A stretch of DNA of 64,000 nt. Origin: Deltaproteobacteria bacterium (GTDB lineage: Bacteria; Desulfobacterota; Desulfobaccia; Desulfobaccales; 0-14-0-80-60-11). The notes beneath the pieces were generated by a model. It was given only the letters and a program-made list of their open reading frames with translations, did no database searches and was not told the origin of the DNA. Of the stretch, positions 25,909-36,062 are shown piece after piece (the stretch's first letter is position 1; every line of letters begins with the position of its first letter). A program made the translations under genes and the position numbers. The stretch is from assembly GCA_030018495.1 (NCBI GenBank), contig JASEFS010000019.1:7664-71663 (forward strand), given 5' to 3'.

Positions 25909-28434
25909 TCAAATATTCAAATTATATCCTGATGTGATGAATTCGTGATAATACTGCTCGACCATGGCGTCGTCCTGCATGGTTACGTCCAGTTGTTTGC
26001 TCACCATGATCAGGCGCCCCAGCACCTCCAGCTTCTCCTCCAGGACGTGAACCGGAAAACCGTCCAGGCGGGCCGTGATGGAATCGCCCTTGAGCTCCAC
26101 CCGGAAGTCCAGGTGCTGCAGTACCTTGGCCAGAAAAAGCACCCGCCGCGCCCGCCGGGTAAGGTCAGCCCCTCCCCCATAAAACACCAGGGTGACGTAG
26201 CTTTCCTCCGGCGCGCCCAGGTACGCGTCGATGGTGGTGAAGTGGTAGCCCAAACGGCTGGAGAAATTCATATAATCCCGGGCGATGATGGCGAAGTTGT
26301 CTTCCTGGAGGCGGTCCTGGGCGCCGGCGTCCGAGGCCGCACCCATGACCACGGAAATGAAGCTGGTCAAATCCAGGGGCTTGGGACCCTTCCAGCCGAT
26401 GGCCGCCACCCCTCGCCAATACGCCAGCATGGGCCGGGAGCGCAGGTCTTCGGGAGTGATGATGGGGGATTCCCGGGCTTCGGGCCTCAGGCCGCCGCCC
26501 ACATCTATGACATAAATCTCCAGCGGCAAATCGCTCTGCAAGCTCCGGGCGTACTCCCTGGACATCGCTCCCCGGGAGACCTTGAAAAGCTCGGTCATGG
26601 CCTTTTCATGGGCAAAGCGGGTGATGTCGTGATAGGTCTCACAGGCCTCGGGGCGGAAGCGCTCGCTTCTGGGATCCAGGAGGTTGAGAGGAGTAATGTG
26701 CTTTAAGGCCCGCTCCAGGGTCCGCCAGGCACGGCTCTGGTGCAGAATGGCGTCCTCCGGGGGCGCCACGAGAAGTTCTTCCTGCCGCCCGGCGTAGACG
26801 TTGCCGTAATAGGCGTCAACGGTCACCAGGTCCCCCTGGTGCAGGCGGCTGGCCGCGTCTTTGGCCCCGAACAGGGCGGGCACGCCCGCCTCCCGGAGGA
26901 CCGTGGCCAGGTGCGTGGTGGCGCTCCCCATCTCGCAGATGACCGCGGCCACCCGGCCCACAGCCAGGCCGTATTCCGGCAGGGCTTGGCGGATCACCAG
27001 CACCGACCCCGCAGGGATTTCCTGGATGTCCTGGTCCCGAAGGATGTGCACCGGGCCGGCCCCGGCCCCCCGGGAGGCGATGACGCCGTTCTCCAGGAGT
27101 ACCGGAACACCCTTGAGCCGCGGCGGCACGTAGCCGGCCTTGGCTTTGCGGCTCAGACGCAAGGGGCGGGCCTGGAGGATGACCAATTTGCCAGCCTGGT
27201 CCAGGGCCCATTCAATATCCTGGGGGACGCCGAAGTGCCGGGCCACGGCTTCGGCAACGCGGGCCAGCTCCATTGCCTGCTCCGGCGTCAGGCAAGGGCC
27301 GGCAAGCTCAGCAACGGCGTATTCCTCAAGGATGCCGCCGGTCGGCGCCAAGCGGTGTATCCGGGTCTTGGCCCCGATATCCTGGGAGACCAGGCGGCCT
27401 TTCTCCACCCGGTAGACGTCGGGTTCGGCCTGTCCGCCCACCGCGGTGGAGCCCAAGCCCCACACCGCGTTGATGATGACAACATCCTCACCCGTGCGGG
27501 GATCGGCAGTATAGAGCACCCCGGCGGCCCTGGCGTTCACCATTTCCATGACGAGCACGCCCATGGCCAGCTCCTGGTATGAATAGCCGCTGGCATGGCA
27601 ATAGTAGAGGGCCTGGGGGGTGAACTGGCTGGCAATGACCTGCTTGTAACGCTCCGCCACCATATCCGCAGGAACGTTCAGGATGCTTTCGAACTGTCCG
27701 GCAAAACTGATGAGGCCGTCTTCCTGGAGTGCGGAGCTGCGCACGGACACCCGGTCAACCCCCAGACGATCCATTTCCTGCGCCAGAGCTTCCGCAAGCG
27801 CCTGGGGCAGCGGGCTGGCCAGAAGGCGCCGCTTGATGGCTTCCCCGGCCTGCCGCAAACTGTCCAGCTGCCGGATGTTGGCCTTGCTGATGGCCTCCCG
27901 GATAAAGGCTTCCAAACCGGCTTCCTCAAAAAACAGTTTTTGGGCATAGGCGCTTACTGCAAAGCCGCGGGGCACCGGAAACCCCTGGCCCAACAACTCT
28001 CCCAGTTTGGCGGCTTTGCCGCCGAAGTAGTGCTGATCAACGGCCTGGCTTAAAGGCAGGGTCAGAGGACCGGGCTTGAGCTCCGGAGTGGCCAGCTCGG
28101 CCTTAAGGCGCGCCGTAATCCTTTGGCGGGCTGCCTCCAAGCCGCGGTAACGTCCTCCGGCCAGAGCGATGAGAGCTTCCACGAGAATCTCCACTTCCCG
28201 GGAAAGCCGGTCGACCGCGCCCCGGACATAGGACATGTCAAACAGATATCCTTCATTGCGCTTGGTCTGGAGATCGGCCAGGATGGCCAGGATGGCGCTG
28301 TTGGCGTGCAGCAGGCGCTTGTAATGGCGATAGCGTTCCAAAAGCGGCGCAGGAGGCCCTGCAGAAATCGGAGGACGGTCCGGCTTCCTTTTTTTTGTGA
28401 GCCATTGTTTTAACTTGTCCAGGGCCTCAGCCAC
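25909..28434 (-). CDS. PEP synthase-like dikinase, paralog 4
   Basis: GGKAAKLGE, VRSSALQED..FAGQF, PQDIEWA, GSATTHLATVLRE, NFSSRLGYH. Confidence 0.9.
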   Translation of the reverse strand: MAEALDKLKQWLTKKRKPDRPPISAGPPAPLLERYRHYKRLLHANSAILAILADLQTKRNEGYLFDMSYVRGAVDRLSREVEILVEALIALAGGRYRGLEAARQRITARLKAELATPELKPGPLTLPLSQAVDQHYFGGKAAKLGELLGQGFPVPRGFAVSAYAQKLFFEEAGLEAFIREAISKANIRQLDSLRQAGEAIKRRLLASPLPQALAEALAQEMDRLGVDRVSVRSSALQEDGLISFAGQFESILNVPADMVAERYKQVIASQFTPQALYYCHASGYSYQELAMGVLVMEMVNARAAGVLYTADPRTGEDVVIINAVWGLGSTAVGGQAEPDVYRVEKGRLVSQDIGAKTRIHRLAPTGGILEEYAVAELAGPCLTPEQAMELARVAEAVARHFGVPQDIEWALDQAGKLVILQARPLRLSRKAKAGYVPPRLKGVPVLLENGVIASRGAGAGPVHILRDQDIQEIPAGSVLVIRQALPEYGLAVGRVAAVICEMGSATTHLATVLREAGVPALFGAKDAASRLHQGDLVTVDAYYGNVYAGRQEELLVAPPEDAILHQSRAWRTLERALKHITPLNLLDPRSERFRPEACETYHDITRFAHEKAMTELFKVSRGAMSREYARSLQSDLPLEIYVIDVGGGLRPEARESPIITPEDLRSRPMLAYWRGVAAIGWKGPKPLDLTSFISVVMGAASDAGAQDRLQEDNFAIIARDYMNFSSRLGYHFTTIDAYLGAPEESYVTLVFYGGGADLTRRARRVLFLAKVLQHLDFRVELKGDSITARLDGFPVHVLEEKLEVLGRLIMVSKQLDVTMQDDAMVEQYYHEFITSGYNLNI

Positions 28435-28620
28435 TTCGTAAATTCCCGCAAACGTGATATATACCTATTTTAAATAACAATCGGGCAAAAAGCCACTTTT
28501 ACGGTTTTCGCCTTACGGTTTTCGGTTTTCGTTGAAATGGTTAGATTGTGTGCTCAAAACCCAAATCATGCTTCTGGTTTTTATGCTTAAACCTGGAAAT
28601 ATGAAATAAGAGAACAGCCC

Positions 28621-29238
28621 ATGACCATGATAGCTGATCCGGAGCAGTATTTCAGGAACTTCATTCCCCCCCGGGATGAGATCCTGCGGGAATTGGAGCA
28701 AGAGGCGAAAGACGAAAGGATTCCCATTGTGGGGCCGGTGGTGGGCGAGCTGCTCTTTATCTTGGCCCGGGCGGTCCGGGCTCAAAGAATCCTGGAGCTG
28801 GGGACCGCCATCGGCTACTCCGCCATTTACCTGGCCCACGGCTGCGAGCCCGCCAAAGGACGGGTCATAACTTTGGAATGGGATGAGGGTATGGCGGCCC
28901 GGGCCAGGAGCAATATTGCCAAGGCCGGGTTGAGCCATCTGGTTGAAGTCCAGGTGGGAGACGCTCAAAAGCTGATGGCGGACATGACCGGGGGTACTTT
29001 TGACCTGGTTTTCCTGGACATCGACAAGGAAGGATATTTGCCGGCCCTGGCGCACTGCCACCGCCTTCTGAAAACCGGCGGCCTGCTGATCGCCGACAAC
29101 GTCGGATTTGCCGGGGCTGATCCCTTCAACCAGGGGATTATGGCGGACCGGCGCTGGCGCGCCGTCTCTCTGCTCTGCTTCCTGCCGAACCACTCCCCCG
29201 AAAAAGACGGCCTGGCTTTCGCAGTGAAGGTGGCCTGA
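28621..29238 (+). CDS. O-methyltransferase (YrrM/TrmR-like)
   Basis: ILELGTAIGYS, FDLVFLDIDK, GGLLIADNV. Confidence 0.9.
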   Translation: MTMIADPEQYFRNFIPPRDEILRELEQEAKDERIPIVGPVVGELLFILARAVRAQRILELGTAIGYSAIYLAHGCEPAKGRVITLEWDEGMAARARSNIAKAGLSHLVEVQVGDAQKLMADMTGGTFDLVFLDIDKEGYLPALAHCHRLLKTGGLLIADNVGFAGADPFNQGIMADRRWRAVSLLCFLPNHSPEKDGLAFAVKVA

Positions 29239-29275
29239 CGGGGCGGCCGGTCAAGCCGGCCACCCGCAAAAGCTG

Positions 29276-30676
29276 TTACAGACAGCGCATAAACGCGGTT
29301 AAGGCTTGCTTTTCTTTCGGAGTGAGATTCAAACGGGTCACCAGATTAAAGAATTCCACCGTATCCTCCAGGGTTAAGCAGCGGCCGTCGTGCAGGTACG
29401 GCGGGGAGTCTTTAATGCCTCTCAGCGTGAAGGTTTTAATGGGACCGTCCGCCGCGATGTACTGACCGTTGATCATCTGGGGCTTGTAAAAGCGTTCCAC
29501 TTTCAGGTCGTGCATCTTGTCGTCCAAATAAAACGGCGCAGGATGGCACTCGGCGCACTTGCCTTTGCCGAAAAAAATCTCCTGACCCAGCATTTCTTCC
29601 TCAGTGGCCTTTTCCGGGTCAAGCCTGCCGAATTCGTTGAGCTTCGGAGCCGGCGGAAAATCAAAGATATTTTGCATCTGGGCCATCATTACCACCTGGC
29701 TGGCCCGGTCCGGCAGATTGACGCCCTTCTTGGCCGCGATGACGTGGTCGCCGTCAAAATATGCAGTGCGCTGCTCAAATTCGGTAAAGTCTTCTATGGA
29801 CCGCAAAGACCGCTTGGAGCCGTGAATCTGCTGGTTGAACATGCCCCGGAGGCTGACGGTGTCGAGGCGGAACCGCAGGGCCTGGGGGCGGGTGTCCGGG
29901 TTCAGGTGAAAGGCCCCGTTGGTATGGCCGTTGGCATGGCAGTCCAGGCACGACACCCCCAAGCTGGGCTCTTCCACCTTCCGGTCCTCCGTCTGGTTGA
30001 ACTGCTGCTGGGGGAAGGGAGTAAGCAGCAGGCGCAGGCCCTCCATTTGGACCGGGGTCAGGATGCCGTGCATAATTTCATAATAATTTTTAATGGAAAG
30101 AAGCTTTCCCTGAGAGACATCTCCCAGGTCAGGCCGGGTGGTCAGAAAAATGGGGGGCGGAAACTCCGGCAAAAAATGTTCCGGCAGATCGAATTCCACG
30201 TCGAAGCGCTCCAGGGAGCGTTGCTCAAGCTTGCGGATTTCGTCAATCTGATTTTTGGGAAAGACCTGGCCGCCCACCGGGTGTTTAACGTGAGGCAGGG
30301 GCAGGAAACCCTTGGGGAAAAGGTCTTTTTCCCGGATCACCCCCGGGGGCGTCTGGGCCAGCTTTTCCCAAGTCATATCAGCGGGAAGCTTGACGCGCAC
30401 GCCTTCCTGGACGGGCTTGCGGCCGCCGGACATCATCACCCCCTTGGCCGGGCGATTGCTTAAATCGTAGCGCTCCTGGAGCAGGGCTTGCTGGGTTTTC
30501 ATGACCTTGGGTTTATCCGCCACGTCCTGTTTCATGATGGCGGCAAAATCCTTTTTGATTACTACGGGCAGGTAGGTTTCTTTCTCATAATCCTGGGCAT
30601 GTCCGGCAACCAACAAACCAACGATCGCGGCCCCAACCAGGCCCGCAAGGAGCCATTGGTGTTTTCTGTGCCTCAT
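29276..30676 (-). CDS. Periplasmic diheme cytochrome c, peroxidase/MauG-like superfamily
   Basis: Signal peptide, CLDCH and CAECH, TLRGI..SPPYLHDG..TLED. Confidence 0.75.
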   Translation of the reverse strand: MRHRKHQWLLAGLVGAAIVGLLVAGHAQDYEKETYLPVVIKKDFAAIMKQDVADKPKVMKTQQALLQERYDLSNRPAKGVMMSGGRKPVQEGVRVKLPADMTWEKLAQTPPGVIREKDLFPKGFLPLPHVKHPVGGQVFPKNQIDEIRKLEQRSLERFDVEFDLPEHFLPEFPPPIFLTTRPDLGDVSQGKLLSIKNYYEIMHGILTPVQMEGLRLLLTPFPQQQFNQTEDRKVEEPSLGVSCLDCHANGHTNGAFHLNPDTRPQALRFRLDTVSLRGMFNQQIHGSKRSLRSIEDFTEFEQRTAYFDGDHVIAAKKGVNLPDRASQVVMMAQMQNIFDFPPAPKLNEFGRLDPEKATEEEMLGQEIFFGKGKCAECHPAPFYLDDKMHDLKVERFYKPQMINGQYIAADGPIKTFTLRGIKDSPPYLHDGRCLTLEDTVEFFNLVTRLNLTPKEKQALTAFMRCL

Positions 30677-31094
30677 GACATCTCCTTTCTGATTAACCCA
30701 TGGTTTTGCAGAAAATCAGCATGGAAATTGCTGTGGTAATCGGCAGTGCCCTTTATTTTTTACTAATCAGCCTGTAAGGCGGGGTCAAGTTAGACGCGTT
30801 AAAACAACAGACCGTTTCAGCCGATTCCGGCAGCCCAGGAGGATTCGGCCGCCGAGTGGCAGAATTTACGCAAAAACTGGTAAAGTCAGGCTGTGTTCAC
30901 CTCATGGCCAGTGATGCCCATACGCCAGACATAGGCCGCCCCTGCTGTCGCCGGCCCCGAAGAAGCTGACCGGACCGGCAGGGGAAAGCCAAGCCTGGGG
31001 TATGGTCTTTACGCTGCCGAAAAGATAGTGCGGGGAGAACATCCCTGAAGGCAGGAGAAGTAACCCCAAACAACCCGCCGCCATCCCTTCGGGT

Positions 31095-31382
31095 TTATTG
31101 TTTTCCTGGCAGCGGGCGAGCGATCTGCTCCAAATTGCCTTCCATGTCGGTTATGATCAAACGGCCGGAGGGGAGGCGAAAAGCCCTGGCGCCGATCTCG
31201 CCCTGAGCATACTCCGGCGGCACTTTTACTTCCGGCAAATTGGTTTCCACTCCGAAAAGCTCGTAAGAGCCGGTGCCTAATTCCCTCACGCTCTGGAGAT
31301 CCCGCACCTGGTGGGTCACCCCTTCTTCGGTCAAAACTTCCATGAGCTCCCGACGATCCGCATCCGTGCAAATAAACCTCAT
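31095..31382 (-). CDS. Hypothetical protein
   Basis: GGAGAGGG RBS, plausible globular composition. Confidence 0.65.
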   Translation of the reverse strand: MRFICTDADRRELMEVLTEEGVTHQVRDLQSVRELGTGSYELFGVETNLPEVKVPPEYAQGEIGARAFRLPSGRLIITDMEGNLEQIARPLPGKQ

Positions 31383-31684
31383 TTTTAGCCCTCCTCCGGC
31401 CGCTTCTTAGATACTGTGGTAAGGTCGACCTTATAGTTTCTGCCTCTATTTTAGAGTTAATCATCACATTTCTTTCAGGCAACACCGCGGCGTGTTTAAG
31501 AAAAATGGCACGAGCCTGGAGGATGGGGGCCGAGGGAGGGTTTTATGGGAATTAGGAGGAGGGGCGGGGGGTGCGGGGCTTGCGGCTAATGAAGCCGAAT
31601 TCCGGTGAAAAAAGGGGAACAGGCGCGCCAGCGCTCATTCCCCCTTTTCAGGAATTGCATATGACCAAGAAGCGGTTTGCCCGG

Positions 31685-32275
31685 CTACTGGATGGAGCGG
31701 TATTGCGTCCGCAATCTATCCATCAGGTAATCAAAGGAATTAGTGCTCATGACCCTGGCGAACTGCCGCTTGTAATTGTCCAGAATGCTGACGCCGTCCA
31801 CTATGACATCATACAGGACCCATCCGGCGCTTTTCCGGGCCATGAGATAATCCACCGGGATTTTCTCATTCGTGCGAATTAGGGTGGTATCCACGCTGGC
31901 TTGGTTGCCCTGGACTTGCTCCTTATGATATTGGACGGTTTCCTGCTTGAGAAAGTTCAGCACCAGCCGGGTGTAGGAATCCGTGAACAAAGCACTGAAA
32001 ATATCCTGGAATTCCTTTCGTTGGGAGGCATTCAGGCTGTTGTAGGCGTTACCCAGCGAGTCCTTGGACATCCGGTCGAAATCGAAATTCTTGCGAATAA
32101 TGTTTCGAATGGCTTCCTTCCGGGCTTGCTGAGATAGGCCGGGATTGTTCTGAATGCCCATTACCTCGTTCAGGATGTCCTTCACATAGGAAGTGGGAGT
32201 GGCGGCAAGGGCTGCAGCGGTGAAGGCCGTCAAAATGGCCGGGATGACAAGAGTTATCCAAAATTTAGATTTCAT
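31685..32275 (-). CDS. MlaC/ttg2D family periplasmic lipid-binding protein (HpnM-like)
   Basis: FDFDRMSKDSLG, VDY, W.LYDVIVDGVS...NYK.QF; adjacent to an MMPL gene. Confidence 0.85.
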   Translation of the reverse strand: MKSKFWITLVIPAILTAFTAAALAATPTSYVKDILNEVMGIQNNPGLSQQARKEAIRNIIRKNFDFDRMSKDSLGNAYNSLNASQRKEFQDIFSALFTDSYTRLVLNFLKQETVQYHKEQVQGNQASVDTTLIRTNEKIPVDYLMARKSAGWVLYDVIVDGVSILDNYKRQFARVMSTNSFDYLMDRLRTQYRSIQ

Positions 32276-32279
32276 AAAC

Positions 32280-35060
32280 CTACCCTCTCAGGATTTGATC
32301 CAGCCAGCGCCTGACCCCGACTACAGAAGCAAGCGCGGGTTGGGGTGGTGCTTCCTCCCGGTAAACCAGACGGAGGAAGGCAGGCAGAACAATTAAAGCC
32401 GCCAGGAGGACGCTCAGGGCGCCCACCGTGGATAGCAGACCCAAACTGAAGGTGCCCCGATGGCCGGAAATCATCATGCTGCCGAAGCCGAAGGCCGTGG
32501 TCAGGGCAGCCAGGGCCACGCCCTTGGCGGTGCTGGCCGGCAGGGTGATGGCCCGGGCGGACTCCTCCAATTGCCAGCGAACCAGAATAACTATACCATA
32601 CTCGATTCCCTCCCCCAATATGAGGGGCACAAAGAGAACATTGGCCTGGTTAAAGGGAATTCCCAGCAGCCACATCAATATCAGGGTCAGGGCGGTGCCG
32701 ACGAAAAGGGGGATCAGGGCCAGAATGGTCATTGTGACGGAGCGCAGGAGAAGCCACAACATCACGGCAATGGCCAGTATCGCCACGCCCGCGGCCCACA
32801 GGATGGAATTTCTGAACGCGAAATTGAAATGGTAAAGCAGCACCGGATCGCCTGCCACGTTAGGGTCCACGGTGCGGAGATCGTTGACGAATCGCCCCAG
32901 GGGTTCGGTTTCCCAAATATCGATGGAGGAAAAGACCCGGATGAGATAAGTGTCTTGGGCACTGATGAAACGTTCCCGCACACTATAAGGCAAATCTTCA
33001 ATTTGAGGGGTGGATTTGGAGGCCACATTGGCCTTGAGCAAATCCCATTTTTCCCTGAGATCGTCGAAGAACCGGACTTCAAAGGCTCGCAGCCGGGAGG
33101 ACACCTCGGGGGCGCCGGGATTCAGGCGCGGAATCACCTGGGAGAGCAGAAGGTTGGCTTCGTCCAGTTGCTCCTGGGTGGGCTTGCTCTCCGGCTGCCA
33201 ATCGCTTTCCTTGGCTTCGGACAACTTGAAGCGGATGCGTCCCAGGATTTCGGCGAGTTCCCCGGGTTTTGTGGGCGAATTGGGATTGGAGGCAAACTCT
33301 ATGCGGCGGACAACCGGTGCCAACTCCTGAATTATGGCCTGCTTGGCCGGCACATTCTCGGGCAGAAAAGACAGGATGGACTCACAGTGCGACACCGTGG
33401 GCAAGGCTTTCAGGGCCTTCACCTTGGTCGGAAGATCCTCCAGGTCGACGGCCACCATGGTGCCGTAAGCACTGGAATACCGGGACTCCTTTAAAATTTT
33501 TAATTCCCATATAACCGATTCGGTTTCTTGATTCTGCAAGTGCAGCGGGTTCAGATCAAAAGGCACAAACTTCAAGGCGACGCCGCCCAGGATCAGGATG
33601 ACCACTCCGGCGGCCACGATAAAGCCGGGCCGCCGCCATTGCAAGGACATAAAGGGGCGCGGCTCAGCCGGTTTATAATCATAATTGTTCACTTCGGCAT
33701 CCGGCTGACACTTTTCAGTGACCAGCGCCAAAGCCGGCAGCAGCACAATGGAGCCGAAGATCATGACGCCGATGCCCATGGCCACGATCAGGCCCAGCTC
33801 CGCCAAGCCTTTGAAGCCGGTAAACACCAAGGGCAGTATGGAGAGGATGGCGACCAGGGCGGCATAAAAGTTTCCCGGGGTGGCGCCGATCATGGTGCGG
33901 GTAAAAATACCCTCGGTGCAATAAGGCCGGCCGCCTTCCTCCTCTTCCAGTCGGGAGTACCAGTGGATGCCGAAATCCACGGTAATTCCCAGCAATAACG
34001 GAGCGAAAACGATGGACAGGATGTTGAGGCTCCCAACCACCAGGGTGGCCAGTCCCATGCTCCAACAAAGGCCCAGTAACAGGACCAGACCTTGCACCAG
34101 CGGACGCTTGATGCTCCAAAAAAATATAACCATGATAAGCGTCTGCGCAAACAGCGAAAGCCAGGAGGCCAAATTGATATCCGCCATGGCGCCGGTCATT
34201 TCATCGTCAGACAAGGCTGCGGGTCCGGTTACTCCCACCGATATGCCAGGAAAGCGGGTTTTCACCTGGTCCACTATTTGCCGCAATAATTCCAAGGCCT
34301 TGGCCGAAGTGATGTAGCCGTCTTCATGGGTGGTGACCAGAAACAAAAGGTATTTCTTGTTATCCGTGAAGAAATAGCCCTCTTGGGCGAAGTCGCCGAA
34401 ATCACCGGGGAAAACTCTGTTCAAAGGGGAGACGTAGGAAGTCTCGCCGGCCAGATACCGGTTGAGCTGCTCCAAGGTGCCGTTCAGCAAGGAGAGATCC
34501 GGGATCGGCTCTTTTTCTTCGTCCTCCTTCAAGAAGGAGGTGAAGAGCTCGCCGATCATGGCCCGGGTGATTTCCTGGTTCACCACCTGAAAAAATCGGG
34601 CCAGGCTGGGTTCCGCGGCAATGGAGGCGAGGATCTGGCGGTGCTCCAGGAGTTTGGACTTGAGCTCCTGCAGCTCGTCTACATCCGGATAGAGAAGAGC
34701 CCATTTCTTGAAAGGCTCCGGGTCAACCCGGTAAAACAACTGGGGGAAGTGGCCGGGATGTTTGCGCAACTCCTGGGCCAGGGCTTCGGCAAACCTGATG
34801 GACCGGGCCGGCTTGCCGTTTTCCACGACTACTACAAATTGATCGCGATCTCCGAACTGGCGCTCATACTCTTGGCTGAGACGCATGAGGCGCTGGTCGC
34901 TGCCTACCAGTTCGCTGCGGCTGGTGGAGAAGCGCAGATTTTTATAGGAATAAAAGACCGACAGGGCTGCGGTCAAAAGACTAAAGATTATGATGGGCCA
35001 AGCGGCCCGCCTCATGATGCGGAACAGAAGCGGGCTCTTACGGAGCTTGTCAATATCCAA
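32280..35060 (-). CDS. hpnN: MMPL/RND transporter, hopanoid-associated HpnN-like
   Basis: GVTGP.AL..DE, GITVDFGIH, F.GLAELG, FDLNPLHLQ, S.HRG..SLG. Confidence 0.75.
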   Translation of the reverse strand: MDIDKLRKSPLLFRIMRRAAWPIIIFSLLTAALSVFYSYKNLRFSTSRSELVGSDQRLMRLSQEYERQFGDRDQFVVVVENGKPARSIRFAEALAQELRKHPGHFPQLFYRVDPEPFKKWALLYPDVDELQELKSKLLEHRQILASIAAEPSLARFFQVVNQEITRAMIGELFTSFLKEDEEKEPIPDLSLLNGTLEQLNRYLAGETSYVSPLNRVFPGDFGDFAQEGYFFTDNKKYLLFLVTTHEDGYITSAKALELLRQIVDQVKTRFPGISVGVTGPAALSDDEMTGAMADINLASWLSLFAQTLIMVIFFWSIKRPLVQGLVLLLGLCWSMGLATLVVGSLNILSIVFAPLLLGITVDFGIHWYSRLEEEEGGRPYCTEGIFTRTMIGATPGNFYAALVAILSILPLVFTGFKGLAELGLIVAMGIGVMIFGSIVLLPALALVTEKCQPDAEVNNYDYKPAEPRPFMSLQWRRPGFIVAAGVVILILGGVALKFVPFDLNPLHLQNQETESVIWELKILKESRYSSAYGTMVAVDLEDLPTKVKALKALPTVSHCESILSFLPENVPAKQAIIQELAPVVRRIEFASNPNSPTKPGELAEILGRIRFKLSEAKESDWQPESKPTQEQLDEANLLLSQVIPRLNPGAPEVSSRLRAFEVRFFDDLREKWDLLKANVASKSTPQIEDLPYSVRERFISAQDTYLIRVFSSIDIWETEPLGRFVNDLRTVDPNVAGDPVLLYHFNFAFRNSILWAAGVAILAIAVMLWLLLRSVTMTILALIPLFVGTALTLILMWLLGIPFNQANVLFVPLILGEGIEYGIVILVRWQLEESARAITLPASTAKGVALAALTTAFGFGSMMISGHRGTFSLGLLSTVGALSVLLAALIVLPAFLRLVYREEAPPQPALASVVGVRRWLDQILRG

Positions 35061-35417
35061 CCGGTTAGGTCCTGATCCTTGGAGTTAGAAAAATTTTGGT
35101 GCGCCCCAAATCCTTGGGCACCGCCACCCATACCGGGGTGAGCCTCATCCCCTGACCTTGCCCTCTTGCTTGAGACGTTTTTGAGGGTTGTCATTTCTTT
35201 AGAGGCTAAAAGATTTTATTTTATTTAAAAAATTAAGATGGTCAAGGATGATCGGCAAGTGGGGCTGTTTCTCATACCTCTTCATGTATCGGCTAGATTC
35301 CCCCTGATCCTCAATGATTAGCTGCCGGCAGAAAAAATTTGAGGTCTGCCTTGCCTTTCCGACCTGAGTAATTATTCTTAAAAAATAAGCATTACTCAAG
35401 TCTCGAGGAGGGATTTC

Positions 35418-35762
35418 ATGCCCCAGATAGAAAAAATTCCCGGCGGCTTCGGAATCGAAGGCCTGGAACTGCGCAAGGGCAAATGCGGCTGCAGCGGTAT
35501 GGGCGGTGACTGCTGCTTTACCTATTCCAAGGTGAAGAAGGACGGCAATACGCTGATTTATGAAGGCAAGGCCACCGCGCCTTCCACTGTCAACAATTAT
35601 GAATGGGGCTACCGGGTGCGCAAAGGAGACGTGGCGGTGGAAGTCAAGATGGAGGACACCCGGGACAACAAGGACTTTTTCTCGGGCTGCTACCCGCCCT
35701 CCCTTCAGGATTGGAAGGACCGGGGCTGGGAAGTGGAAAGCGAATACGAACGCCCCCTTTGA
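35418..35762 (+). CDS. Cys-motif hypothetical protein (CGC-x6-CC)
   Basis: GAGGAGG RBS; KCGCSGMGGDCC. Confidence 0.8.
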   Translation: MPQIEKIPGGFGIEGLELRKGKCGCSGMGGDCCFTYSKVKKDGNTLIYEGKATAPSTVNNYEWGYRVRKGDVAVEVKMEDTRDNKDFFSGCYPPSLQDWKDRGWEVESEYERPL

Positions 35763-35815
35763 TTAAGGCAAGCCGGCACGGCTGCCTCAAATAAAATCAA
35801 CTAAGGAGATTGGTT

Positions 35816-35971
35816 ATGTGCAATTGTGCGTGTCAAACCCAAAAAAATCCCCAACCGGAGCAGCAGGACAATAAAACGTATGTCTGTATTCAATGCAATA
35901 CCTTCAAGTCTGTGGCCCCGGATAATCCCGTTCCTGAGTGTTGCGGCAAAAAAATGAACGAGATGGATTAG
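35816..35971 (+). CDS. Small desulforedoxin-like metal-binding protein, 51 aa (absent from ORF track)
   Basis: AAGGAG RBS; MCNCACQ...YVCIQCNTFKSVAPDNPVPECCGKKMNEMD; followed by a terminator. Confidence 0.75.
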   Translation: MCNCACQTQKNPQPEQQDNKTYVCIQCNTFKSVAPDNPVPECCGKKMNEMD

Positions 35972-36000
35972 CCCGCAACCTGAACCTTCAACCGATTTGC

Positions 36001-36041
36001 AAAAAAAACAGGCCTGGTTTTTTAGCCAGGCCTGTTTTTTT
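36001..36041. terminator. Bidirectional terminator
   Basis: A-tract-CAGGCCTGG-loop-CCAGGCCTG-T-tract between convergent genes. Confidence 0.85.
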
Positions 36042-36062
36042 GCCTGAGAAGCCGACTTGCTG

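Noticed and set aside
30902-31084. 60-aa minus-strand ORF after 31095-31382
   Set aside because: Weak RBS and no recognisable features; cannot be supported.
35760-35790. Selenocysteine read-through of the TGA ending 35418-35762 (a hairpin follows)
   Set aside because: Loop only ~13 nt from the UGA, no Cys/redox context, and the protein looks complete; probably an intergenic stem-loop.
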